Virus record (IMG/VR): IMGVR_UViG_3300008120_000087
From: an uncultured virus (IMG/VR IMGVR_UViG_3300008120_000087)
Lineage: Duplodnaviria > Heunggongvirae > Uroviricota > Caudoviricetes
Strand: one strand, 5' to 3'
Length of the DNA stretch: 64,000 nt
Shown here piece by piece: positions 21,145 through 29,960 of the stretch (position 1 is its first letter; the number at the start of each line of letters is the position of its first letter). A program made the position numbers and the translations under genes. Below the pieces are notes generated by a model. That model worked only from the letters and a program-made list of their open reading frames with translations, was not told where the DNA came from and searched no databases.

Positions 21145-22154
21145 TAAAAATAATCAGAAAATATTTCATTTATGTTTTTGTCAAGCAATCTTGAGTCAGG
21201 GTAATCAGGAAACCACAATCTGAGACAATCCTTTTCTTCCCTAATTATTTCTATAAAACTTCCATGGTAATCAAGTGTTCCTGAATTTCCATAACCTTTG
21301 TTAGAATGTAAAAAATCATTCACGATACCTTCGAAATCATATATTGGTATTTTGAATTTTTCAACCACAGTTTCTTTTTTGTATGGGTGGGGAACATTTA
21401 TCCATTGTTTTTTTTCGGTGTTGAAATATTCATCCAATTTATTGAAAATGCTATTATATACCTCACTTTCGTAAGCAGAATTATATGAATTAGAATGAAC
21501 AGAGTATAAATCAGATTTTACATCGGCAAGCTCATCTTTTAGTAAACTATTCATGGACTCCTCATCGTCGATTATTCTCGTCACATTTTCTGAATCTATA
21601 GTCCAATAATTTTCATGTCCTTGCTCAGTGGCTATTAACTCCATTTCTTCCGTATCAGGACTCAACTGTTGACCTGATAATTCTTTAACAATCCTTTCTT
21701 TAAAAATTTCTAAATTCTCTTTGGTTAGTTCTTCAATGACATCTCTGTAAACATCATCGGTTGTGTCCCAATAAGGTTCGAAAACATCCTCACCAACTAA
21801 AATACTTTCAATTGTATCTCTACTCGGACCGTCTCTTCTATCATCACAAAATAAAATTGCTAAATCAACTCTGTCACCTTGCCAATAAACATCTTTACCT
21901 TCTATTACAACATCAGATAAAATCTCATTCATCCATTTGTAATATTTTTCTCTATCATTATCGTATAACCACAAAAGATATTCATTTTGCCAATCTTCGG
22001 AACCCGCAGCATTCTTCGGGTCGATTTCACCCATCAAACCTCTTTTCTTCAACACATTGAACCATGTTTCATAATCACCAAAATATTTTTTTACATCCAA
22101 GTCATTATTATTGAATGATTCCAAGAAACCACGTATAGAATATTCATTTTCCAT
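21144..22154 (-). CDS. Acidic hypothetical protein
   Basis: Start reassigned to MENEYS, which follows a TATTTAT motif. Confidence 0.65.
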   Translation of the reverse strand: MENEYSIRGFLESFNNNDLDVKKYFGDYETWFNVLKKRGLMGEIDPKNAAGSEDWQNEYLLWLYDNDREKYYKWMNEILSDVVIEGKDVYWQGDRVDLAILFCDDRRDGPSRDTIESILVGEDVFEPYWDTTDDVYRDVIEELTKENLEIFKERIVKELSGQQLSPDTEEMELIATEQGHENYWTIDSENVTRIIDDEESMNSLLKDELADVKSDLYSVHSNSYNSAYESEVYNSIFNKLDEYFNTEKKQWINVPHPYKKETVVEKFKIPIYDFEGIVNDFLHSNKGYGNSGTLDYHGSFIEIIREEKDCLRLWFPDYPDSRLLDKNINEIFSDYF

Positions 22155-22220
22155 ATCATATAAATACAAAAAAAGGGACAAATTTTGTCCCTTGAATTAT
22201 TTTTTTGTGAAGTGGACATA

Positions 22221-22400
22221 TTAGTCCCTAATGTATCCGTTAGTTTGTCCTTTGTTGGTGTTATAATATTTTTCAACAGTTTTTTTAACTGTTTCTTTCA
22301 ATTCTTGATTTTTGGTCATAATTGTTTTTTGAACTGCCTCTTGAGCTAGCTTTTGAGCTTCAGGCGAGGTATTCTGTTTGTTTTTACATCCGCATCCCAT
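22221..22400 (-). CDS. Small MGCGCK protein (59 aa, not in ORF track)
   Basis: Manual translation MGCGCKNKQNTSPEAQKLAQEAVQK...; TATTTAT upstream and a hairpin downstream. Confidence 0.6.
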   Translation of the reverse strand: MGCGCKNKQNTSPEAQKLAQEAVQKTIMTKNQELKETVKKTVEKYYNTNKGQTNGYIRD

Positions 22401-22487
22401 GGTAAAAAGATTTTTTAGTTTTTATTTATATAAATATTACTTCCAACCAATTATAATTAAAAAAAGATATTTATTAAAGAAAACTTG

Positions 22488-24248
22488 ATGAAAATTTTAG
22501 AATTAATATTAGAAAACAAATCAGAAGAACTCAAAGCTAAGTATGGAACGAAATTTTCTGAGGAGCAATTGAAAAAAATCATTGATAACGTTCCTCAAAA
22601 ATTTTGGGATTGGGTTGCCAAAAACTTTGAGGTGATGAACTTTGAATCTAACTTTCAAGACTTAGTCAGAAAACTTAGAGAATTTGATAAGATTTCATCA
22701 AACCTACCTAAAACTGATATTAATTCATATAAAAGTGTTTCCGAACTCAGTGATGAATTACAAAAATATGCGAACAGACCAAGAAGAGATTATAAACAAG
22801 TTGAGGGTGGTAAAGTTGTTTTCGATGATGGAAGATTTTTTGTTGTGAATCCTCAAACACATCAGGCTTCATGCTATTACGGTAAAGGAACAAAGTGGTG
22901 CACCGTGGCAAGTTCAGACCACCAATTCAATTATTATAACACAGAGGGTAAATTGTTTTATATTTTAGATAGAAGTGCTGATTCATCTGACCCATTCTAC
23001 AAAGTAGCCTTGCTCAACAAATTTGACGGTAACAAAAGTTTTTTCACGGCCACAGACCAACAAACAAATATATATCCTGCTCATGTGGGCACCGCTAAAT
23101 ACAATGAGATAATTAATCAGATAACTGAATACATGAACTCAGAGTATTCTGAACAAATAAAGATTTTTAATGACAAAGAAGCCGCGAAAAAAGAAAAAGA
23201 GAGACAAGAAGCACTAAGACAAGCAAGAATATTAAGGCAAATGAGAGACGATGCTGAGGAGAGAAGGATGGAAAATGAATGGGCTCTTGGTCCCGATTGT
23301 CCTGAAGAGGGTTTGAAAGCCCACGCCCTTTTAGATTGGTTGGTTGACACAAGTGACGTTTCAGCGTTGACAAATGAGGACAGAATAGAAATTCAGAGAC
23401 TTAAAGATGAAATCGAGAGACTTAAAAACCAATACGATAATAGTGAGGAAGTAGAAACAGACATTTTAGACGAAATCAGTGACTTAGAGGATGAGTTGAA
23501 TGAATTAGAGGAAAAAATTGATGTATACAACATAATACCCACAGGAGAGTATTATGATTGCACGGAATTTGAGGTAATAGATGCAGGTTTGAGTGATAGA
23601 AAATATGCGGTGGGAACGGAGGGTGAAATGCAATCAAGTTGTGAGGAAAGGGTGGATTCATTAATTGACGATATTGGTTATGGCGGTTTCAGTAGTGGGT
23701 TTGCGAGAGGTTTCATTGACGATGAACAAGTCGCGGACTATGCAAGAGACTACTTAGGGGACGATGTATATCAAAATCCTGAGGTTTATTTGGATGAAAG
23801 TGAGAGACAATTATCTTCCAAACAAAAAGAAGAAATCGAAATTCTCAAAATGAGAATAAAAAGAACCGAAGTAGAAATTGAGAGATTTGAGGAACTAATT
23901 GGGGACGGGGGAGATGATGATTCGATTCAAGATAAAATAGATGAACTAAGTGAATTGATAGTAGAATATCAGGATGAAATCGATGATATTGAGAACGACC
24001 CTGATGGAGAATTCCCTGATGATTTGGTTGAAGAAAAAGTTGATGAATTAGTTGATGATGTTATGAGAGACCCCGAAGGTTTTTTAAATGAGCATGGGAT
24101 TGACTGGGAACAATTTATAGACAAAGATGAATTTATACAAGGGGTGATAGATGCTGATGGATTTGGGCAAACACTTAATTCTTACGATGGGAATGCTGAT
24201 GAGGTGAAAATTCAAGACCAATGGTTTTACGTAATGAGAATTGATTAA
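22488..24248 (+). CDS. WCT-motif domain protein with acidic coiled-coil C-terminus
   Basis: ASCYYGKGTKWCT motif; heptad-rich acidic C-terminal half. Confidence 0.65.
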   Translation: MKILELILENKSEELKAKYGTKFSEEQLKKIIDNVPQKFWDWVAKNFEVMNFESNFQDLVRKLREFDKISSNLPKTDINSYKSVSELSDELQKYANRPRRDYKQVEGGKVVFDDGRFFVVNPQTHQASCYYGKGTKWCTVASSDHQFNYYNTEGKLFYILDRSADSSDPFYKVALLNKFDGNKSFFTATDQQTNIYPAHVGTAKYNEIINQITEYMNSEYSEQIKIFNDKEAAKKEKERQEALRQARILRQMRDDAEERRMENEWALGPDCPEEGLKAHALLDWLVDTSDVSALTNEDRIEIQRLKDEIERLKNQYDNSEEVETDILDEISDLEDELNELEEKIDVYNIIPTGEYYDCTEFEVIDAGLSDRKYAVGTEGEMQSSCEERVDSLIDDIGYGGFSSGFARGFIDDEQVADYARDYLGDDVYQNPEVYLDESERQLSSKQKEEIEILKMRIKRTEVEIERFEELIGDGGDDDSIQDKIDELSELIVEYQDEIDDIENDPDGEFPDDLVEEKVDELVDDVMRDPEGFLNEHGIDWEQFIDKDEFIQGVIDADGFGQTLNSYDGNADEVKIQDQWFYVMRID

Positions 24249-24274
24249 TAGTTATAATAAATTATCTTTTTGTT

Positions 24275-25054
24275 ATGGCTAGACAAAAGAAACAACCGTT
24301 CAGATTGAAGCCCGATTGGATGTTGAAAAAACCTGTTGACTTCGAATACAACAAATATACTTTATTGGATTACCTTCAGAAGTGCGAAAACAATTTCAAC
24401 AATCTACAAATTTATCCTGACTTTGTAGAACTTTCACTTCATTTGGCTAACATACAATCACTTGTCAAAGAAAATAGGTTACTACTTACAAATAAGACAT
24501 TCGAGTCATGTGATGATGAGATTCTTCTTAAAGAATTGGTTCAAAAAAAACCAAGACAATTAAGTGATTCTGAATCCAATGAACTTGACAAGACAATCAA
24601 ATATTCTGGTAACAAATTATTTGACGCCTTCAATATGGCTAAGTCAATTTGGAACATGGCTTACGACCACATGGACCTCAGTCTCAAAAGAAATAAAAAT
24701 AATTTAGCCGCGGGGAAGGGGTATGTTTACTATTTCAAAAAATCCTTGAATGAAATTTTCATTTGGGAATATGAAATAAAAAAACCCGAGAACGAGAATT
24801 TCAATAGTAAAATTTATTTAAACCTCATATACAACACATTACCAAGTGATGTAACGTTGAACTCAATTATAGAAACCTTCTCAACTTGGAATGAAGAAGA
24901 ACATTTTAAAGATTTACCTATTTTTGAATTGAAGTCCACGAATGATTTCCCAATGGAGGAAACTTTCTTACCCATAATGAAAAGAAAAATAATGGCATAC
25001 GTTTTTCAGATTGTTAATTTAGAAAAAATAAATAATTTTGACTCTGAACTATAA
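24275..25054 (+). CDS. Hypothetical protein
   Basis: 259 aa ORF. Confidence 0.65.
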   Translation: MARQKKQPFRLKPDWMLKKPVDFEYNKYTLLDYLQKCENNFNNLQIYPDFVELSLHLANIQSLVKENRLLLTNKTFESCDDEILLKELVQKKPRQLSDSESNELDKTIKYSGNKLFDAFNMAKSIWNMAYDHMDLSLKRNKNNLAAGKGYVYYFKKSLNEIFIWEYEIKKPENENFNSKIYLNLIYNTLPSDVTLNSIIETFSTWNEEEHFKDLPIFELKSTNDFPMEETFLPIMKRKIMAYVFQIVNLEKINNFDSEL

Positions 25055-25072
25055 AATTATTATTTTTGTTTT

Positions 25073-25285
25073 ATGGGATTCAACAAAAGAATTATTTCAG
25101 CTGAATACACATTGAAAGCACTTGAAAACAATAGTCTTAAAGATTATTATGGAAAAAGTGATATGTTAATTTTTGAAGATGAACTGAGTTCAAAAGTTTA
25201 TGAATATTACAAAAGTGGAAAAAACGAAAAAGAAATTCTATTAACTATAAAAAACATGGAGGAAAAAACCAATGAAGTGTATTAA
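25073..25285 (+). CDS. Hypothetical protein
   Basis: 70 aa ORF in operon. Confidence 0.55.
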   Translation: MGFNKRIISAEYTLKALENNSLKDYYGKSDMLIFEDELSSKVYEYYKSGKNEKEILLTIKNMEEKTNEVY

Positions 25286-25505
25286 AGCTTTAAAAGCATC
25301 GAAAGACGTTGAGGTCGGTGACATCAAAAGAGTTGATGACAAAACCGCTTACAACATGGTTGGGAGTATGTGGGCATATATTCCCAAATCAGAATGGAAA
25401 CTTGTAAACCGTAAAACTAAAACTACAGAGCAAGTAACCGAACAAGTAGAAAAGAAACCCTACAAGAAGGGTCAAAAATCTGAAAAACATAAAAACAAAC
25501 AATAA
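25272..25505 (+). CDS. Hypothetical basic protein
   Basis: 77 aa ORF in operon. Confidence 0.55.
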   Translation: MKCIKALKASKDVEVGDIKRVDDKTAYNMVGSMWAYIPKSEWKLVNRKTKTTEQVTEQVEKKPYKKGQKSEKHKNKQ

Positions 25506-25720
25506 TGGGAAACGTTAAGAATCATTTAATCGAAATGCTTCGTTTAGAAGCTGAAGCACAAAAAGCCAAAGCATTACTTACTTTGGAATTGTTATCAAAT
25601 CATGCATCAGGAATTGGAGACCACTCTACAGGAGATTTCTATAAAAATGCTGAAGAAGCACTCCAAATGTTGGTGGATGCCGATGATAAATTAGAAACAT
25701 TACAAAAATACTTTTTATAA
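25505..25720 (+). CDS. Hypothetical helical protein
   Basis: GIGDHS motif, TAATG coupling. Confidence 0.6.
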   Translation: MGNVKNHLIEMLRLEAEAQKAKALLTLELLSNHASGIGDHSTGDFYKNAEEALQMLVDADDKLETLQKYFL

Positions 25721-25721
25721 T

Positions 25722-25910
25722 ATGAAAAGATTCACAATCGTAGGTGTGAGAACTATTGATGAATATGTCACCTACACCGTTGAAGCCGAGACTGAAGATG
25801 AGGCAATCGAAATGGTTGAGAGTGGTGAGATTGATGACAATGACGACCATTGGCAAAAAGAAACATCAGGAGGTGAAGACTTTCACGTTCAAAACGTAGA
25901 AGAAATTTAA
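25722..25910 (+). CDS. Small acidic protein
   Basis: VEAETEDEAIEMV motif common in phage small proteins. Confidence 0.6.
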   Translation: MKRFTIVGVRTIDEYVTYTVEAETEDEAIEMVESGEIDDNDDHWQKETSGGEDFHVQNVEEI

Positions 25911-25915
25911 TTACA

Positions 25916-26041
25916 TTGAAAAAAATATTAAAAAAAATAGATTGGTGGTTTGACTATTACATTGTATGGATGTTGTATAATGGAAATAAGACTCATAGAT
26001 ATATTGAATACATGGAAAACAAATGGGGCTCAAAAAAATGA
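25916..26041 (+). CDS. Small hypothetical protein (41 aa, TTG start)
   Basis: MKKILKKIDWWFDYYIVWMLYNGNK...; ATGA-coupled to the next gene. Confidence 0.5.
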   Translation: MKKILKKIDWWFDYYIVWMLYNGNKTHRYIEYMENKWGSKK

Positions 26042-26226
26042 ACAAATTAGATGATGGACTTAAAATATACTTGTCTATTTTGTTAGCTTCTTGGGTAACA
26101 ATTATAATTTATTTGGTTAACTATGAAAATCAAAATCACATCCAAGAAGAGTTCATAAAAAAAGAATTGGATTCATATCCCACAAATCACAGTCAAATCT
26201 CAGATTCAACTTTAAATGCTAGATAA
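26038..26226 (+). CDS. Small membrane protein
   Basis: One TM segment. Confidence 0.5.
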   Translation: MNKLDDGLKIYLSILLASWVTIIIYLVNYENQNHIQEEFIKKELDSYPTNHSQISDSTLNAR

Positions 26227-26453
26227 TGAGTAAAGAAATGGTAAACCACCCGAATCATTATGGTGGAGAAGAAAATCCTTACGAGGTGATTAAAGTTTGT
26301 GAGGCTTGGGAGTTACACAAAGATGCATATCTCTTCAATGTAGTCAAATACGTTGCAAGAGCCGGTAAAAAAGATTCTTCAAAAGAATTAGAAGACCTCA
26401 AAAAGGCTTCATTTTACTTAAACCGAAAAATACAAAATTTAGAAAATGAATAA
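26226..26453 (+). CDS. DUF3310 / SaV-like protein
   Basis: VNHPNHY...NVVKYVARAGKK...EDLKKA. Confidence 0.85.
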   Translation: MSKEMVNHPNHYGGEENPYEVIKVCEAWELHKDAYLFNVVKYVARAGKKDSSKELEDLKKASFYLNRKIQNLENE

Positions 26454-26628
26454 ATTGAGTTTACTAGCAAAGACCTGTTTCTTGTTAGGTTTTATTGGTG
26501 TGATAGGTTCGATAATACTTTCTTTTATTGATGGTAAAGACTTTACTTGGCAGTTCATTACACTTCTTTGGATGGGTTCATCATTCGTTAATGAATTGAG
26601 AATAAAACAATTGGAGGACAAAAAATGA
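26446..26628 (+). CDS. Small membrane protein (2 TM)
   Basis: Two hydrophobic helices. Confidence 0.55.
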   Translation: MNKLSLLAKTCFLLGFIGVIGSIILSFIDGKDFTWQFITLLWMGSSFVNELRIKQLEDKK

Positions 26629-27074
26629 TATACTGGTTAACAGGACAGCCTGGTGCTGGCAAAACAACAATCTGTAACGAAATCTTGGACATTAGAGACC
26701 ATAGAATATTTCATATCGACGGTGATGACCTAAGAGATTTATTCGATAATAAAGATTATTCTGAAACAGGGAGAAGAAAGAACATAGAACTCGCACAACA
26801 AATCGCTCAATACCTTCACAACAAAGGTAAAGATGTATTAGTATCGTTGGTTTCCCCTTACAAAGACCAACGAGACAAGTTCAAACAGAAGATGGGGGAT
26901 AATATGGTTGAGGTTTATATTCATACAACAGAGGTAAGAGGAAGAGAAAGTTTCTTTGTTAAAGAATATGAGGCACCTACCGAAAGATATCTTAGTATCG
27001 ACACCACAAATGAAAGTGTTGAGGTATCTGCAAAAAAAGTTTTAGACTATGCAAAAAATTCACGTAGAGGGTGA
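26625..27074 (+). CDS. cysC: Adenylyl-sulfate (APS) kinase
   Basis: WLTGQPGAGKTT, IDGDDLR, DYSETGRRKNI, VSPY, YEAP. Confidence 0.88.
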   Translation: MIYWLTGQPGAGKTTICNEILDIRDHRIFHIDGDDLRDLFDNKDYSETGRRKNIELAQQIAQYLHNKGKDVLVSLVSPYKDQRDKFKQKMGDNMVEVYIHTTEVRGRESFFVKEYEAPTERYLSIDTTNESVEVSAKKVLDYAKNSRRG

Positions 27075-27450
27075 CCCTAAGTTAAAAAACACGGGGGCAA
27101 AACAGTATTCCATGTTTATCGGAAGATGGCAACCGTGGCATGCTGGACACAGATGGTTGATTGACCAAAGACTCAACGAAGGTAAAAATGTTTTGATTTG
27201 TATTAGGGATATTGCCCCTGATGAAAAAAATCCTTTTTCCGCTCAAGAAGTTGAGGCGAACATAAAAAAAGAATTATGGCAATTGCTCAGTGACCAAACG
27301 GTAAAAGTAATTGTCATACCCGATATTGAATCTGTCAATTTTGGAAGAGGAGTAGGTTATGATATTATTGAACATGTTCCACCTCAGGACATTCATGATA
27401 TCTCTGCAACAAAGATTAGAGAACAAATGAAACAAGAGGGAAAGTTGTAA
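27049..27450 (+). CDS. HIGH-superfamily nucleotidyltransferase (cytidyltransferase-like)
   Basis: GRWQPWHAGH, NPFS, ISATKIRE. Confidence 0.85.
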   Translation: MQKIHVEGDPKLKNTGAKQYSMFIGRWQPWHAGHRWLIDQRLNEGKNVLICIRDIAPDEKNPFSAQEVEANIKKELWQLLSDQTVKVIVIPDIESVNFGRGVGYDIIEHVPPQDIHDISATKIREQMKQEGKL

Positions 27451-28313
27451 TGGAAAATTATATAAGAAAAATAACTCAAGGAGATTGTGTTGAAGTCATG
27501 AAGACCCTACCTGAGAAATCAATTGATTTAATTGTAACATCACCACCGTATGGTGTTGGAATCGAATACGATGTTCATGACGACGACGTTCAATTTGAAG
27601 ATTACAAGGAATTTTCAAAAAAATGGTTGACCCAAGCTTTCAGACTTTTGAAAGACGACGGAAGAATTGCCCTGAACATACCTTATGAAATCAATAGACA
27701 AGATAAAGGTGGGAGAATTTTCATGGTTTCGGAATTATGGTCAATCATGCAAAAAATTGGTTATAAGTTTTACGGACTGGTTGACCTGAATGAAAACTCA
27801 CCACATAGAAGTAAGACCACTGCTTGGGGCTCATGGATGTCACCGTCCTCTCCTTATATCTACAATCCGAAAGAATGTGTGATTTTAGCATATAAAAAAG
27901 ATAGAATCAAAAAGATTAAGGGGGAGCCGCAATGGGTTGGAGTTGTTGAGGAAATCGAGAGTGAGGATGGAAAAAAAAGAAATAAGACAATGTATACTGA
28001 GGAGCAAAAACGTGAGTTTATGGATTTAGTATATGGTCAATGGGACTATTTCGCTGATACAAAACAACTTACCAAGGCAACCTTCTCAATGGATATTCCA
28101 GCGAAAGCCATAAAAATATTAACCTATAAGAACGATTTGGTTCTTGACCCATTCATGGGAAGTGGAACAAGTGCATGTGCGGCAGAGATATTAGATAGAA
28201 GGTGGATAGGGATTGAACTCAGTCCTAATTATGCGGAAGTCGCTCGAAAAAGAGTTCAACATTTTATAGATAAAAAAAATCAACCAGAACTTGATTTTGA
28301 AAAGGAGGTCTAA
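27450..28313 (+). CDS. DNA methyltransferase, beta class (N4-C/N6-A)
   Basis: TSPPY precedes VLDPFMGSGT. Confidence 0.9.
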   Translation: MENYIRKITQGDCVEVMKTLPEKSIDLIVTSPPYGVGIEYDVHDDDVQFEDYKEFSKKWLTQAFRLLKDDGRIALNIPYEINRQDKGGRIFMVSELWSIMQKIGYKFYGLVDLNENSPHRSKTTAWGSWMSPSSPYIYNPKECVILAYKKDRIKKIKGEPQWVGVVEEIESEDGKKRNKTMYTEEQKREFMDLVYGQWDYFADTKQLTKATFSMDIPAKAIKILTYKNDLVLDPFMGSGTSACAAEILDRRWIGIELSPNYAEVARKRVQHFIDKKNQPELDFEKEV

Positions 28314-28325
28314 CCTCCTTTTTTT
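28301..28325 (+). terminator. Intrinsic terminator
   Basis: AAGGAGGT-cta-ACCTCCTT followed by a T tract. Confidence 0.75.
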
Positions 28326-28358
28326 ATATCCGAGGGATATTTATAAGAAAAAGTATCC

Positions 28359-29573
28359 ATGGCAGAATTTATAATTTCTGAAAAACAACTCCAACTTTTG
28401 AATTTAGAAATTCTCAAGCAAGACAATTATAGGCTTGCCGAAGAAAGTTGGTCAAAGTTTTCCAAAGAGGAAAAAAAACAAATCGTCGAAACACTGTGTG
28501 TTCTATATCCATCAAAGGGTAAATTAGTAAACGAAGCAAAGTGGTATAACACCCTTGGTGATATCGTTGGAATTTTTGACCCAACAGGGGTAGTTGATTT
28601 AGTAAACGGTATCTCTTATTTGAAACAAGGAGATAAATTATTCGGATTATTATCAATCATTTCAGCTTTACCATATGCTGGAGACATCGTTGCCAAACCT
28701 ATGATGGCAGCCCTCAAAATTGGTGGTCCTGGCGTGAAGAATTTGAGAAAAGTTACCGCCTTGGTTGAAGCAGGAAAAACAGCCGAAGCGGCTAAAATGC
28801 TTGATAATATAACCGCGATGGGTGGTGTGACAGGAAGATTTGTTTCAGCTTTCAGTAAAATCGCTGGTAAGTTAAGAGGATATATCGAAAGAGTTCCGAT
28901 GCCATTGATGGGAGGGTTAAAGAAAACTGTTTTACAATGGTTTGATTTATTCGCTAATTATAATAAAGCAACAGCACCTTTGAGAAAAACAGGTCAAGAA
29001 ATAGTGAGGGGTATGACAGGATTGAAAACTGCAACTACATCTGTTGGAGTATGGTCAAAAGCTAAACAACTAGCGGCACTCGAAGAACTTACCAAACTAG
29101 CTAAAGAAGCACCAGGTTTATTTTCAGGTTATAGAACAACCAAAGGAATTTTGTCTTGGAAAAGTGTTTTCAGAGGAATGCCTCAACTATTGAATAGAAA
29201 TGCATCCGTAAGAAGTTTAATGAGACAAACAAAATGGTGGATGGGATTATTAGATTATATGAATATTGCAAATTTTGTCGGACCCGATGAATTGGCGGCT
29301 AAAATTGGTGAAGACGAACTTCTGAAAAATATGGAAAACTATAATAAAACAGAAGAAGCTCAAAATAATTTTGAGTCGGACTTTAACCAAGCAATAAACG
29401 CTGATGCAGGTCAAGATGGTGGTTCAGGTAAAGTAGGGTATGGGCAAATTCAACCTCTTTTTGGTTCTGGTGCTTACAAACCTCAAAGTTCATCTGAAAA
29501 ACCGAAAGAAAATAATCCAGTTCAAAACATGTTTAGTAATATGTTTTCGGGTTCGTTAAATCCTTTACCTTAG
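28359..29573 (+). CDS. Hypothetical protein with hydrophobic PT-TG-like segment
   Basis: GIFDPTGVVDLVNG...SALPYAGD; MAEFIISEKQL leader. Confidence 0.55.
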   Translation: MAEFIISEKQLQLLNLEILKQDNYRLAEESWSKFSKEEKKQIVETLCVLYPSKGKLVNEAKWYNTLGDIVGIFDPTGVVDLVNGISYLKQGDKLFGLLSIISALPYAGDIVAKPMMAALKIGGPGVKNLRKVTALVEAGKTAEAAKMLDNITAMGGVTGRFVSAFSKIAGKLRGYIERVPMPLMGGLKKTVLQWFDLFANYNKATAPLRKTGQEIVRGMTGLKTATTSVGVWSKAKQLAALEELTKLAKEAPGLFSGYRTTKGILSWKSVFRGMPQLLNRNASVRSLMRQTKWWMGLLDYMNIANFVGPDELAAKIGEDELLKNMENYNKTEEAQNNFESDFNQAINADAGQDGGSGKVGYGQIQPLFGSGAYKPQSSSEKPKENNPVQNMFSNMFSGSLNPLP

Positions 29574-29588
29574 TAATATTTAAATTAT

Positions 29589-29960
29589 ATGAAAGAAGAA
29601 TTGATAAAAAAATTAGTCCAAATCCAAATTCAATGGAGATTTTTACACTGGCAGACGTTTGGTGATGCAAAACATAAAACCTACGGTGCAATTTATGAGG
29701 GATTAGATGGTCTCATTGATGAGTTCACTGAAACCATGATGGGAAAGTATGGTAGACCTGAATTTGAACCTGAGTTTGGATTGATGTTTCAAGACATCAG
29801 TAAGTTAAGTATTCAGAATTTCATGGACGGAATCACAGAATTTTTAGTTGGAATCTCTGACCAATTGGACTCGAGATATGATACAGATTTATTGAATCTA
29901 AGAGATGAAATGTTAGGTTTGATTAATAAATCGAAATACTTGTTGACTCTGAAATATTAA
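29589..29960 (+). CDS. Ferritin/Dps-like four-helix protein
   Basis: LHWQT..H...YE..D...E and RDEM..INKSKYLL. Confidence 0.7.
   Translation: MKEELIKKLVQIQIQWRFLHWQTFGDAKHKTYGAIYEGLDGLIDEFTETMMGKYGRPEFEPEFGLMFQDISKLSIQNFMDGITEFLVGISDQLDSRYDTDLLNLRDEMLGLINKSKYLLTLKY

Noticed and set aside
22091..22276. 61-aa minus-strand ORF from the track
   Set aside because: Runs through a hairpin and promoter; the overlapping MGCGCK ORF and the 22154 start explain the region better
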